Of a DNA stretch of 64,000 bases, positions 12,628 through 26,103 are shown one piece after another. The notes under the pieces are model-generated. The model did not search any database. It worked only from the letters and a program-made list of their open reading frames with translations, and had not been told where the DNA came from. This DNA is from Squalus acanthias (Eukaryota), in the NCBI GenBank assembly GCA_030390025.1, contig CM059433.1, positions 24,926,001 through 24,990,000 on the forward strand, read 5' to 3'. A program made the translations under genes and the position numbers. Within the stretch, counting starts at the first letter, position 1. Each line of letters starts with the position of its first letter.

Positions 12628-14130
12628 CATCTTGTCCATGAGACCCTCCTCCTGCTCTCTCGACACTATTCCCGTTAAACTGCTGACCACGCAACTTCCC
12701 TTCCTGGTTCTCATGTTAGCTGATATTATAAATGGTTCCTCTCCTCAGGTACTGTCCCCCTCTCTTTCAAATCTGCCGTCATCACCCGCCCCCCCAAAAA
12801 AAATCACGCTTGACCCCTCTGTCCTTGCAAACTACTGCCCCATCTGCAACCTCCCTTTCCTCTTCAACGAACTTCAACGTGTTGTTACCTCCCAAATCAG
12901 TGCCCATCTTTCCCGCAACTCCATGTTTGAACCCCTCCAATCAGGTTTCTGCTCCTGCCAGTCCTGAAATGACCCTGATCAAGGCCACAAATGGCGTCCT
13001 ATATGACTGTGACCATAGTAAACTATGCTTCTTCATCGTTCTCGACCTGTCTGCAGCCTTTCACATGGTTAACCACAGCATCCTCCTCCAACACCTCTCC
13101 TCTATTGTCCAGCTGGGTGGGACTGCACTCGCCTGCTTCTCACCCGCTCCCGCACCATTAACATCTGGAGTCCTCCAAGGATCTATCCTTGGACCCCTCC
13201 TATTTCTTATCTACATGCTGCCCCTCGGCGACATCATCCGTAAACAAAAGGTCCGATTCCACATGTATACTGATGACATTCAGCTCTACCTCACCACCAC
13301 CTCTCTCGAATCCTCCACTGCCTCTGATTTGTCACGCTGCTTGTCTAACATCCAGTATTGGATGAGCAGAAATGTCCTCCCATTAACTATTGGGAAGACT
13401 GAGTCCATTGTCTTCGGCGTCCACCATAAACTCCGTTCCCTAGCCATCGACTCCATCCCCCTCCCTGGCAACTATCTCAGGCTCAGCCAGTCTGTTCGCA
13501 ACATTGGTATGCATTCTCAAGCTTCCAATTCCATATCCCCTCCATCACTAAGACTACCTATTTCCACCTTTTGTAATATCGCCCGTCTCTGCTCCTGCCT
13601 CAGCTCATCTGCTGCTGAAACCCTCATCTGTGTCTTTCTTACCTTGAGACTCGACTATTCCAAGGCTCTCCTGGCCGGCCTCCCATTTTCCACCCTCCGT
13701 AAACTTGAGCTCATCCAAAACTCTGCTGCCTATATCCTAACTCACCTCAAGTCCCATTCTCCCATCACCCTTTGGCTTGCTGACCTACATTGGCTCCGGG
13801 TCCAGCAACACCCCTAATTTAGAATTATCATCTTTGTGTTCAATTCCCTCCATGGCCTCACCCCTCCCTATCTGTGTAGCCTCCTCCAGCCCTACAACCC
13901 AACGAGAACTCTGCATTCCTCCAATTCTGGCCTCTTGTGCATCCTTGATTTCATTCGCTCCACCATTGGCAATTGTGCCTTCAGCCGTCTTGGCTCCAAG
14001 CTCTGGATATTCCTCCCTAAACCTCTCCACTTCTCTACCTCTCTTTCCTCCTTAAAGCCTGATTTTATCTGATAACGCTCCTGTGAAGCGCCTTGGGATG
14101 TTTTACCATGTCTAAGGTGCTATGTAATAG
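12628..14130 (+). mobile_element. L2-like LINE, 5'-truncated, decayed RT
   Basis: LDLSAAF, GVLQGSILGPLLF and YTDDIQLY RT motifs; L2-type tail. Confidence 0.88.
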
Positions 14131-14656
14131 GTGGCACTCTATTCCATGTATCAATTGCTCTACTAACGTTGACCATCATTAGGTAATTACTTGGTCTGAC
14201 CAGCAGGGGTAGTTGCAACATACCAGATGCTGATGGAAATGAGTGAAAGAATTTCCTGCCTTTGAGTTTTAAAGTGTTGGTTGCAGTTTACCATCTAGTA
14301 TTCCTTTTCAAACCTTATCAGTGAAAAAATGTTTTTCTGATAGACTTGTCAAAAAACCAGACAATGGAGATCTAAACAAAAATAAGTCAGTGACATTGGC
14401 ATACACTCCAGTTTAAACAGGGCACAGTGCATATGATGAATGATGAGCCTGTATTATTGAACAGATTCAAATGACCATGTGAGTGAAGGCCATTTGGTCT
14501 GCAGGCATAATTTAAAACGAGAGATGAGATTGCAGCCTTGAAGTCACTACCATATATATGGCCATTTTTATAATATAGAAATTGTAGAGTTTGCGGATGG
14601 TTTAATATTTGGTACTTTTTGCTACTGATGCCACAGCAGCCTGTGTGCTCCATGTA

Positions 14657-17600
14657 GTCATAGACTCATAGAAACTTACAGCACAGGAGGCCATTCAGCC
14701 CGTCGTGCCTGTGCCTGCTCCTTGAAAGAGCAGTCATGCTTAGTCCCACATCCCCGCTTTTTGTCCGTAACCCTGTTAGTTTCTCACCCTCAAGTACCTG
14801 TTCAACTCCCTTTTAAAATTATTTATGGAATCAGCTTCCGCCACCTTCTAAGGTAGAACGTTCCAGATCCTGACAACTCTCTGAGTGAAAAAAATTCTCT
14901 TCAACTCCCCTCTCGATCTTTTGCCAATGATTTTGAATCTATGACCTCTGGTTATTGACCCACTCGCCAGAGGGAATCGTTTTTCTCTCTCTTACTCTAT
15001 CAAAACCTCTCATCATCGTAAAAATCTCTATTAAGTCACCTCTTAACCGTCTCTGTTCCAAGGAGAACAATCCTAACTTTTCCAACCTCTCCTCATAGCT
15101 GAAGTCCCTCATTCCTGGTAACATCCTGGTAAACCTCCTCTGTACCCTTTCTAAGGCCTTTCCATCTTTCCTGAAGTGTGGTGCCCAGAATTGTCCACAG
15201 TACTGCCAGCTGAGGCCTAACCAGTGATTTATAAAGTTCTAACATGATCTCTTTGCTTTTATATTCTATCCCTCTATTTATAAACCCAAGTAACCCATAT
15301 GCTTTTTAACCACCTTATCAACTTGCCCTGCCACCTTTAAGGATTTGTGTACATGGACCCTAAGGTGTCTCTGCTCATCTACAGTTTTCAAAATCGTGCC
15401 ATTTATAGTATACTGTCTTTCCATATTAGTCCCCCCAAAGTGCATCATTTCACACTTATGTTCATTGAACTCCATCTGCCATGCTTCTGCCCATGTCACC
15501 ATCTTGTCTACGTCATCCTGAAGCCTATAACTACTCTCATTACTATCTACTACGTTGCCAAGTTTCTTATCATCTGCAAACTTTATAAACTTTATCTACA
15601 CCCGAGTCTAGGACATTTATAAAAATTGAAAAGAGTAATGGGCCCAAAACTGACTCTTGCGGAACACCACTACAATCCACCTCCCAGTCTGAAAAAGATC
15701 ATCCACCACCATCCTTTGCTTCCTGCCACTGAGCTACTTTTGTATCCATACCGCCACTTTCCCCTTAATTCCATGGGCTTCCTTCTTCTTAATAAGCCTC
15801 CTGTGAGGCACTTTGTCGAATGCCTTCCGAAAGTACATATATACATCTACTGCATTACCATGATCAACCTTCTCTGTTACCTCATCAAAGAATTCAATCA
15901 AGTTAGTCAAACACGATTTGCCTTTAACAAATCCATGCTGGCTCTACTGAGTAACCCATGCCTTTCCAACTGAAAGTTTATTTTGTCCCTGATAATAGCT
16001 TCCAATAACTTCCCCACCACCGATATTAGATTGACTGGCCTGAAGTTTCCTGATTTATCACTGTCCCCTTTCTTGAATAGTGGTATAACATTAGCAACCC
16101 TCCAGGACTACTCCTGTATCCAATGAGGAGTGAAAGATTGTGACAAACGCCTCTGCTATTTCTATCTTTGCTTCTTGCAGCAACCTACGATGCATTCCAT
16201 CCGGACCAGGTGACTTATCAACTTTCAGTAATGCTAATCTTTTTAGTACGTCTTTTCTATCTGTTACTATCCTGTCCATAACTTTCCTCTTCTTAGTGTA
16301 ACCTTCACATCATCCACTTCCTTTGTGAAGACAGATGCAAAGTACTCATTTAATACTTTAGCCATGTCCTCTGCCTCTACATGAAGATTTCTCTTTGGAT
16401 CCTTAATAAGCCCAACCTTTTCCCTAGCTAACCGCTTACACTTTATATGTTCATAAAATGTTTTAGGGTTCAATTTAATGTTGCCTGCTCATCTTTTCTT
16501 GTAACCTCTCTTTGCCTCCCATATTAACTTTTTCAATTCCCTCTTGTACTTTCCATAATCTTCCTGGTTATTAACTGAATCTTGCTCCTGATATTTGTCA
16601 TAAGCCACCTTTTTCTGTTTTATTTTAACTTTTATTTCCTTTGTCATCCACGGTGCATTAGCTTTGGATTCTCTACCTTTTCCCTTCAAAGGAATATGTC
16701 TAGTTTGTACCTGAACTATCTCTTCCCTGAATGTTCTCCATTGCTCCATTACTGCTTTACCCTGCAATCGCCTTTTCCAATCTACCTGTGCTGGGTCCCT
16801 TCTTAAATTACTGAAATTAGCTCCTCCCCAGTTCAGCATTTTTACCTTCGATATTTTATGGTCTCTTTCCATAAGTACTTTAAACAGAATTATGTTGTGG
16901 TCACTGTTAGCTAGATCTCCTACTGTAACACACTCCACTTGTATTACTTCATTTCCCTGAACCAGATCCAACACTGCTTCCTTCCTTGTTGGACTGGAGA
17001 CATATTGATCGAGAAAGTTCTCCTGTACACATACCAAAAATTCGTCTTCTCTACACTTAGTACTATGCTTGTCCCAGTCTATATTTGGGTAATTAAAGTC
17101 TCTTAATATTACTACTCTATTTTTGTTACACAACTTTGAAATTGCCAACAAATTTGTTCATCTGTCTCCTTCTCACTGTTTGGAGCTTCATAAAAAACTC
17201 CAGCAATGTAACAGCTCCCCTCTGTTCCTCAACTCAAGCCAAATAGATTCAGTCCTAGAACCATCTAGTATATCCTTTCTATTTAGAACTGTAACATCAT
17301 CCTTAATCAATACGGGCACGCCTTCTCCTATTTTTCCTTCTCTGTGGGGGCGATTTTATCAATGGGGGCGCGTTGGAGGCGGGACTGCTGCTTGGCGGGT
17401 AGATGTCCCGCCTCCATCGATTTGTGGCCAACCCACGCTATTTTCCCTTGATTGACCTTATTAAGCCCGCCCAGCGGGCTTAGCAGGCCAATTAAGGGAA
17501 AGCCAGGTTGCAGAGAACGTCAGCGTATGACGTTTCTTATCTGTCAAAAAGCTGAATTGTCATCGTTTGACAGCTCTGTGGAGCTGTCAAACAGTGACAT

Positions 17601-19330
17601 TCTCTGTAGTTTGATGAGGTCTTGAATTCAAGACCTCATCAAACTTCTTTCTTTTACAGAAATAAGATGGTTGTTGCATCTGGGAATGCAACGGCCATCT
17701 GTCATCTGCAACACGGAGGTGCGAGACTCTCCGCATACACACCGACTGAAGCCTGCAGGAAGAAACAAAGGTAAGTGCACTTTTACTAACACTTTGCACT
17801 TACCGCAGTACTCACCTCTCCACTCTTGCACCCATCACTCACCTCCACAGAACACTTTGGCAACCCCCGACCCCTGCAGACCCAGTATTCGCCTCGCTGA
17901 TCTGGCGGGTCTCGGAGCCTTCGGGAAGCCCGCACTTGCGAAGGCAAAAAGGGGATAATCCTATTTTCTGCCTGTTAACAGGCAGTTAATAGGCTTTAAT
18001 CCCTTCCCGCCTCCAAGGAGACGGGACCCGGCACGGGACGGCTACCCGCCTCCTGGCAAGATGGCACCAAATTCTGCCATTTTCCCGGCAGTCCCGCCTC
18101 CATACCTGCCTCCCCAGAGCTGACAAAATCACCCCCTATCATTCCTGAATACTTGGTAACCAGGAGTATTAAGAACCCATTCTTGGCCTTGTTTGAGCCA
18201 TGACTCTGTTAATGCAACCACATCATAATCCCATGTAGCAATTTGTGCCTGCAGCTCACCAACCTTATTTGTTACACTATGGACATTGGTGTACATACAA
18301 TTTAATACCTCCATCACGTTTGCTACTTTCCTCAATCTGGTCTCTGCAATTTTTAGGATATTTCTAATTTTGCTGTTGTTTATATCTCTCTGTCCTCTGA
18401 TCTCATTTCTGCTATTTTCTGGTTCCCCTCCCCCCCGGCAAATTAGTTTAAACCCTCGCTAACAGTACTAGTTAACCTCTCAGCGAGAACATTGGTCCCG
18501 GCTTTGTTCAGGTGCAACCCGTCCATCCTGTACAGGTGCCCCTTCCCCCAGAACCTGTCCCAATGGCCCAAGAATCTGAAACCCTGCCTCCTGCACCATT
18601 TCTACAGCCACACATTTACCTGCACTATTTTCCTGTTTCTATACTCACTAGCAAGTGGCACTGGGAGTAATCCTGAGATTACTACCTTTCAGGTCCTGTT
18701 TTTTAATCTTTTTCCTAGCTCCTGAAACTCTGCCTGAAGGACCTCAACACTTTTTCTACCTATGTCATTGGTTCCAACATGGACCACGACTTCTGGCTGT
18801 TCCCCCTCCTCTTGCCGAATGTCCTGCACCCGCTCGGTGATATCCTTTATCCTGGCACCAGGGAGGCAACATACCATTCGGGAATCACATTTGTGGTTAA
18901 ATAAATGCCTGTCTATGCCCCTAACTATCGAATCTCCTATGACTACTGCATTTCTACTCTTTCTTTTCCCCCTGTGTGCAGTCAAATCTCCCATGGTGCC
19001 GGGGATTTGATTCTTACTGCATTCCTCCAAGGAGTCGTCACCCATCTCGGTATTCAAAACTGAGAACCGGTTAGCGAGTGCCACTGGTTTGGGGGACTCC
19101 TACACTACCTGTGTCTTCCTCCTACCCTGTCTGGTAGTCACCCATTCCCTCACCTCCTGTACCTTTTGTAGCTGTGGGGTGACCACCTGGAACGTACGTT
19201 CGAGGAAACTCTCAGACTCCCGGATGCACTGCAGTGATTCCAGCCGCTCCTCAAGCTCCGAAACCCGGAGCTTGAGCTCGAGCAACTGGCGGCACTTCCT
19301 GCACACATGGTTAACCAGGACATATGAAGT
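14657..19330 (-). mobile_element. Near full-length decayed CR1 LINE (ORF1 zinc finger + SGNH esterase; ORF2 APE endonuclease + RT)
   Basis: ORF1 CRKC, GDSIVRG and VHVGTND; endonuclease ALTESW, DFNYPNI and SDHN; RT remnants; (tctatga)n tail; interrupted by MITE 17346-18136. Confidence 0.9.
17346..18136. mobile_element. MITE inserted in the CR1 endonuclease region
   Basis: TIRs gggggcgattttatca / tgacaaaatcaccccc; flanks tgt/tat; repeated ggcggg/cccgcc subterminal motifs. Confidence 0.75.
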
Positions 19331-20448
19331 GTCCCCGCTTCATGTCTGCTCCAGCAAAATCTGGGCTATTATTTCAGTTTTAAACACTGGAAACTCCCAT
19401 CATATCAAATACCCATTGGAGAATTGCAACTCCTACTAGTCCCAGGCTTGTTAGACCCAGTTCAACAGGTTTCTCTCTCTTTGCCCCCTCCGTAAAAAAA
19501 AATTATTATTCTTTTTGAGTTATATATTTCCATTTTACTTTGTCCTTTTGTTTGATCTTTTCAATATACTTTGTTTTACTTTTGCCCATCTTGATTTCAC
19601 TTTTACCTTTGTTCTATTTCCATTTAATTTGTTTCCATTTGCTCATTTTCTTCAGTTTCTCATAGATTCCCTTTTTTTACTTTATTTCTTAGTTTTCTGA
19701 AGAAGCTTGGGCCCTTTTTTGCTTTGATCGTAGTTTTAACTCCTACTGTAACTCCTTTCAAAAAGTGCTTATAAATATCTAGTTAAGCAAGAGATTGAAG
19801 ATTATATGAATGAGTACAGACAAAATTAATCAAATACTCTGTGAAACGTTCTGGTTGTAGGGCAGCTGGGACCTTGGACAATTCTTTGGAATGTGTTCAG
19901 TCAGGCAGGGGCGAATAATGCAAACTGGAGTGTTAGATCGATATTTCATAGTCTCACTCATCCCTGGACACCTGTGACAAGATGAGTGAAATTAAAGAAT
20001 ATCAATCTATCATAAGTGCTTCTTAAAATTCTTATTATCACTGAACAAGATCTTTAACAGCAGCAGTAAATCTGCAGTTAAAGGCCTCCTATTATTCAGC
20101 ACAAGGCAATGCCAAAGAACATAAGGAAAGAATGAGGAAAGACCACTCAGCCCATCTAGGTTACCCCTGTGTTTAGCTCCATGTACGCAGACCACGTATT
20201 CAACTTTTAGGGAAGAAAGCCCCGTTAATATTCAAGTCTCAAGATGGTCCAATTAACGGATGGGTATTTTCACTGACTGTTACAGTGTATTTCCTTGGAA
20301 TGAAGGAGCACAGGGTTGAAAACACTCCCCGGGGTTTGTTTATGAGTAAATGATTGCGACGTACCTCTTTTTAATCAGGGTAGACCCTCAGATCCACAGG
20401 GCTATTTTCGGGGTTGTTTGTGAAAGATTTTGCATTACATTTTAATAG

Positions 20449-20520
20449 GCCATTGATGAAGCAATCAGTGACTCAGAGGAATCTGCAGCACGCAACGCGT
20501 CAGAGGAAACCCATTCACAA
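20449..20520 (+). CDS. MLIP: MLIP coding exon AIDEAISDSEESAARNASEETHSQ
   Basis: tttaatag acceptor and gtaagc donor, 72 nt; continues LEQK|A(L/I)DE as in MLIP. Confidence 0.85.
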
Positions 20521-20614
20521 GTAAGCTTTGTCGACACAACATTCATTATTATTGCTAGTTTTGTGTTAAGTGGTTGTACAATTAACGTGCATAACATTGT
20601 TTACCTTTACACAG

Positions 20615-20701
20615 TTCCTGTTTGAATCTGAGAGTCTCAGGCAGCAGTCTGAGGAACTGTATGCTACTATTCAACAATTGCTGGAGGATCCACTGCCAAT
20701 G
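20615..20701 (+). CDS. MLIP: MLIP coding exon FLFESESLRQQSEELYATIQQLLEDPLPM
   Basis: tttacacag acceptor and gtaatg donor, 87 nt; resembles the MLIP LRQQTEELxATIDxVL motif. Confidence 0.9.
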
Positions 20702-20813
20702 GTAATGAAAGAATTGAGCAAACATTTACTTTTTTTCCTGTTTCCACCTTACTCCCACCAAACACACACGAACCTTTAACCGTGTCCTCACATTTCACCC
20801 TCCCCTCTTCTAG

Positions 20814-20873
20814 CGCTGCTCGAGTTCGACTCCCCATTCCTTGCAGAAGCTGCCGGATTCAGAAGCACACAAA
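20814..20873 (+). CDS. MLIP: MLIP coding exon RCSSSTPHSLQKLPDSEAHK
   Basis: Pyrimidine tract + tag acceptor, gtacgt donor, 60 nt, keeps frame. Confidence 0.75.
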
Positions 20874-21097
20874 GTACGTGAGTGACGATGCATGAACTTG
20901 CATCTAGCTGCATGGTGGGGGCAGTAGCATTGTTTCTACTGACACAAATTGTTCGGAGAAAATTAGTGAAGAAAATTGATTTAGAAAACAAAAAGCACAA
21001 GCTATGACACATTTTTGCACAAATGAAAGTCAGTTTCAACCAAACTGCGATCAGAGCCGTGTCCATATGCTGATTCACTGTTTCAATGTTTTTAAAA

Positions 21098-21405
21098 GTG
21101 AGAAGTCACACAACACCAGGTTATAGTCCAACAGTTTTATTTGAAATCACGAGCTTTCGGAGCGCTGCTCCTTCGTCAGGTGAAGTGAAGGAATTCGAAT
21201 CGGCAAAGCATATATAGACAGAGAACAATGCCTGTGCAGCGTACAATGTCAGACGACTATAGTTAATCTTTCTGACTGCCTTTTATCACACCTCGGCAGA
21301 GAGACAATCAGGTCAGTCAGGAAGGCATTATATCAAAGACATAGCAAGATACAACTAAGACAATGAGGTGGGGTCACAGGGGGTCTAATGTGTCATAAAT
21401 GTTTT
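21098..21405 (-). mobile_element. Penelope-like element 3' end (pLTR) remnant, family 1
   Basis: Homologous to 39671-39920 (gaagtc.cacaacaccaggttatagtccaaca). Confidence 0.75.
21147..21183 (-). ncRNA. Minimal type-I hammerhead ribozyme motif
   Basis: Minus strand reads tcac-CTGACGA-a-ggagc-agc-gctcc-GAAA-gc-TC-gtga. Confidence 0.75.
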
Positions 21406-22712
21406 TAGTCACACTGGCAAATCTCTAAAATCAAATGTTCCACTTGCAATTGAAATTTAATTCCTTACTTCCTCAAAATTCTGTTGTTGAATAAAAAAAA
21501 AAAATTCTGTTGTTGACATACTTTGCTAAATATTATTCCAGGTTTATTAACCTTTTGATTCGGATGTCCTGTGTTGTATAACTAGCCGTTGAAAAATAAT
21601 TATTCTTTCTTAATCTTACTTTCATTGATCTAGTTTTATTTTTGCGTCAGGCTGTTATTATTAACTCACCTCTTCTTCTAAGCTAAAAGCTTTAAATGAT
21701 CAACAGGCGCTAAATTATTTCTTATGCCTTTTTTATATCTGTTATACTTTAAAATTGCTGGGTGGCTCACGGCATTCTGCACAATAATTCTCACATCAGT
21801 AGGTGGCACTGTGACAGTTGCAATGATAAGAAGTCACGTAATGGGACCGGCTAAAACACAAACTGCAGCTCAGTCCTGGTTCTTCATCCATGTATCTGCA
21901 TACCCTGACCCAGTGGGTGGCACTGCAGCAACCTGTGTCCTTGAGGCAGAATCTCTGCTCACAACCCTCCTCTCTAATCATGTTTCCAAAAAGCTAAGCA
22001 ATTTTAATCATCAATATGAGCATAATCTCCTTTTTCATGCCCACGCACACCCTTAGAGCCATGGGACATCAGAAAAAAATGTGCTGAACCCCCCTCCTGA
22101 ACTCTCCCCTCTTCTGTGCTATAGCAGTCCCATTCTCCTTGCCTCTCTGATGGACTGTAGAAGTACCGATGTAATGCCATTGTAGCCTGCTACATCTCTG
22201 GTCCATCTGATCCAGTATTAATCCTGGGACACGCGATTCACCGAGGTGTGTGTCTCTTGCTGAAAGAAATGACTGATTTTCCTACTTCAGTTTGCTGTCT
22301 AAACTCATTAGTTGTGCTGTTTGTTCAGAAGCTAGAAGCTCACCATTACAGCTCTTTTTGAGGGAAAATCTTTAGCAAACCATAAAATAAAGTTCCAAAA
22401 AAAAAATTCTATGGGGAGAATGGTTTAAGGCAAACTGAATACTCTTTAACCGTGTTAGCCCATACATGTTACCAGTAACTATACATACTAGATCGTCTTT
22501 TGAAGTCTACATTTCAGGTCTCTGTAATAAGTTGCAGTTCTTATGAAAGGTTTTTCAGCCTTCGCTTTGTTTTGCTGATCTATTGTGAAGTCAGTGGATT
22601 ATAATTGTTTTCAACCATTCTTCAGTAATTGCCTCAATTACCATTAACAGAGATTGCTACCTTCCCACTCCATTTCCAGTTGAGGTAATTCTTGAATATT
22701 TTTCCTTTCCAG

Positions 22713-22757
22713 CCTGTTAGTCCCATACCGAAATCAGCTGGGAGAGAAACCAAATAT
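22713..22757 (+). CDS. MLIP: MLIP coding exon PVSPIPKSAGRETKY
   Basis: ttcctttccag acceptor and gtgagt donor, 45 nt; AGRETKY motif of MLIP. Confidence 0.9.
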
Positions 22758-23163
22758 GTGAGTTTCCATTTGGTGCGGTGTATATTGTGAACAGTCAGAA
22801 GTTCCTGACTTGCTAGAGAGGATATGTCGAGTGTTCGGTACTCAAAATGAGGCCATGTAGGATTACAGTTGTTCTATTTCTGCTGTGCCATGCCATAAAA
22901 AAGTAACCGTGCCAGTATCTACCTGGGAAGGTTTACTTTCTTCCCTCAAATAACTGTGTGCTGATGTGCTTTATACAAAACATACATGTTTCATTGTGAC
23001 CTACAGCCACTGATGGCAGGTCATTCAAGACCACCAGCAAATATGACTGGTATGAATGACGTGGAAGGATGATAGTGCAGCATCTTTTATCTCGTTACCC
23101 CACCCCTGTTCACATCCAGGGACATGAGCTCCAGGGTTCGGACTTCACTGGATGCCATTTAAA

Positions 23164-23232
23164 AAACATAAATCTCATTCATGCATAATGACATCTTATA
23201 AACATAAATCTCATTCATGCATAATGACATCT
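23164..23232. repeat. Tandem duplication, 33-bp match, period 36
   Basis: aaacataaatctcattcatgcataatgacatct present twice. Confidence 0.9.
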
Positions 23233-23475
23233 ATTTCTAACTTTATGGAGTCTTCAAGTTCCTGCTGATCCAACTGTCCAACCAACATCAGCTGGTATCG
23301 AATATCAGGAAACACAAATTATTAAGAACTTAAGAGTAAAAAGGAAAGTTGTAACTTTTCTTAACGCAAATGATAATAGAATTATGTTTTTTGAGGCAGA
23401 TAATATCAATGGATTCAAAAGGCAAGTAGATTTTTTTCTGAAGAAAGAAGGAATTCAGGAAAAGTGATTGAAGTA

Positions 23476-23915
23476 GACAGCTGTGGCTCAGTGGTAGCAC
23501 GCTCGCCTCCGAGTCAAAAGGTTGTGGGTTCAAGTCCCACTTGAGCACAAAATCTAGGCTGACACTCCAGTGTAGTACTGAGGGTGTGCTGCACTGTCGG
23601 AGGTGCCGTCTTTTGGATGAGACATTAAACCGAGGTCCTATCTTTCCTCTCAGGTAGATATAAAAGATCCCCCAAAAGAAAAACAGTGGGGATCTCCCCG
23701 GTGCTGGCCAATATTTATCCCTCAAGGAACATCACAAAAACAGATTATCTGGTCATTATCACATTGCTGTTTGTGGGAGCTTGCTGTGCGCAAATTGGCT
23801 GCCGCGTTTCCTACATTACAACAGTGACTACACTTCAAAAAGTGTAAAGTGACTGTAAAGTGCTTTGGGATGTCCTGAGGTCATGAAAAGCGCCAAATAA
23901 ATGCGCCTTTCTTTT
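23476..23915 (+). mobile_element. tRNA-derived SINE, Deu/SacSINE1-like
   Basis: Head tggctcagtggtagc...ggttcaagtccc; homologous to the other copies. Confidence 0.85.
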
Positions 23916-25206
23916 TATGTCTGTAAGTATTGTTGGATTCAAGAAGCAAATAGAAGTGTTTCAGAAAAGAGAATAGATTGAAGCAGCAGGGGCAATGGGG
24001 CAGAAATTCAACATCGTTAATGATAGGGAATTTATCAGAGCGACGGTCCATGCCAGATCTGCGCGTGCCTTTGAGTCACTGCTAAATTCAGCAGGGCCTT
24101 TTTTTAGGCAACCCTTGCAGCTGCCTGAAATGAGCGCAGGCCTTATTTCAATATTAAAATTAGAAACTTGCGCCGAGCAAGCTTTGACTAGTTTTTCCGG
24201 ATCTACAGTGGCCTAATGAACAGTCCTTAAAGGGCTGGAGCCCACTGAAGAAATGCTCAGGTAAGTTTTTTTTTTACGTACCTTACTGTAGAGCCAGGAG
24301 GAGCAGGAGTGCTCGTGCTGCTTCCACATTAATACTGCAGGCCGCAGCCGGTCTGCACTCGCCCACCTCTCGTTTGCCTCCCCCTCTGGTCTTACCTGTG
24401 GGACGCTGCCAGCTAGGCAGCCAGCCCAAACTGGAGCTGAGCAAAGTGGTGAGCTGCCTCTGGAGCTGCGTGTAGCAAAGACAGAGTGGTTTTAAAGGGG
24501 GATTTTAACTTTCATATAGATTGGGAATAGCAGACTAGCACCTGTCAGAAAGGTAGTGAATTTCTTGAGTGTGTCCGGGATAGTTTTCTACAACAATATG
24601 TCCTTGAGGCAGGAAGGGGGCAAGCCATATTAGATTTAATAATGAGTAATGAGCCAGATTTAGTTAACAGCTTAACTGTGCGTGAACATTTATCAAACAG
24701 CGATCATAACATGATCGAGTTCGACGTAGCGTTTGAAAGGGAGAAACGCGCAACAGCTACTAAGATTCTAGATTTAGGTAAGGTTGACTTCAAAAGGATG
24801 AGACAGAGACTGTCCACGGTAAACTGGGCAAATCTGTTAATGGGTAAAACGACAGAAGATCAGTGGGAGATGTTTAAAAAATAATTTAAGCTGATCCAGA
24901 ACCAGTTTATACCCCTGAGGGACAAGAGCTCTACTTGCCAAAAAAAACAGCCATGGACAACTAAAGAGGTAAGGGACAGCATAAAACTAAAGAAAAAGCA
25001 TACAAAAATGCAAAAAATAGCACAGATCCTGGCGAATGGGAAAGATACAAAGAACAGCAAAGGGTCACAAAACAGATCGTAAGAGCTACAAAAAGGGAGT
25101 ATGAAAGGAAACTTGCAAGGGATATCAAAATCAATACGAAGAATTTTTACAGTTACATTAGGAAAAAGAGGGTAGTCAGGAGCAATGTTGGCCCCTTAAA
25201 AACTGA

Positions 25207-25857
25207 GGGATAAAAATTGGGTAGCGCCCCCCTACCTTCGCCGGGGCGCTAATTTTAGCACCCCGAAAAAGTTAGCACCCCCGTGGCCGATTTTCCCAGG
25301 TAGCGCCCCGAGAGGGAGGAGGGGCGATACTGGAAGCGCCCCGCGTCTCTCTTGGGGCGCTGCGAGGTAATATCGCGGCGCTACATGCCGCGGTACTGCA
25401 GGCCTTTCTCCCCTTATTAAAGGGGCGGGGCCTGGCGCAGTGCATCCTGGAGCCCCGGAGTGCCGGGCTCACGGAGAGCAGCTGGCACCCCGCGGGGGGA
25501 CTTCACGGGGGCCGGGGACAGCAACGGGTCAGGTGCTGGCAGGCGGCCAGCAACAAAAATGGCTGCCTGCCACCTCCCCTTTAACTAGCGCCGCCCCGGC
25601 CGCAGGTAGGCCCCCCCCCCCCCCCGACCCCAGCGGACATAGCGTCTGGCGGTAAGTCGGGGAGCGCCACCCAATGTTACAGCCAGGGCACTGCGCACGG
25701 TGATGACGCCATCACTGGCGGTGCAGCGCCGCGTGGCACTAACGGTTAGCACCGCCGCTAACCTCCCGCTGAACTTCGCGGGAGGCGTTAGCGGCGCCGC
25801 GCCCAGGCGCTAGTTGATTTGCGCCCTGTTAACGCCAATCAACCAAATTTAGCCCCC
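25207..25857. mobile_element. GC/CpG-rich Harbinger-type MITE, copy 2
   Basis: Ends gggataaaaattgg / ccaaatttagccccc; TSD TGA; removal restores the CR1 sequence. Confidence 0.88.
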
Positions 25858-25899
25858 TGAAAGTGGTGATATTGTCAATGACAATGTGGAAATGGTGGA

Positions 25900-26103
25900 T
25901 GACATGAATCTTGTCATGAATCTTGGGCGGCCTGCTGGTGGCGCTGTCCAGGGAGAGTATAAATACTTGGGCATGGGCCCAGCTTGCTCAGGACATTCTT
26001 TAACAGGAACTAGTGAAGGACAACTAGATCTCCATGTTGTAAAACAGTTGATTAAAGCTTTGTTTAACGCTTAGACCAAGTGCCTAGTAGTTTTCTTACG
26101 TCA
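25900..26103 (+). mobile_element. 204-bp solo LTR
   Basis: TG...CA ends; 5-bp TSD GTGGA; TATAAATA at 25958 and ATTAAA at 26051; removal restores CR1 EMVDMLNNYFASVF. Confidence 0.8.
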
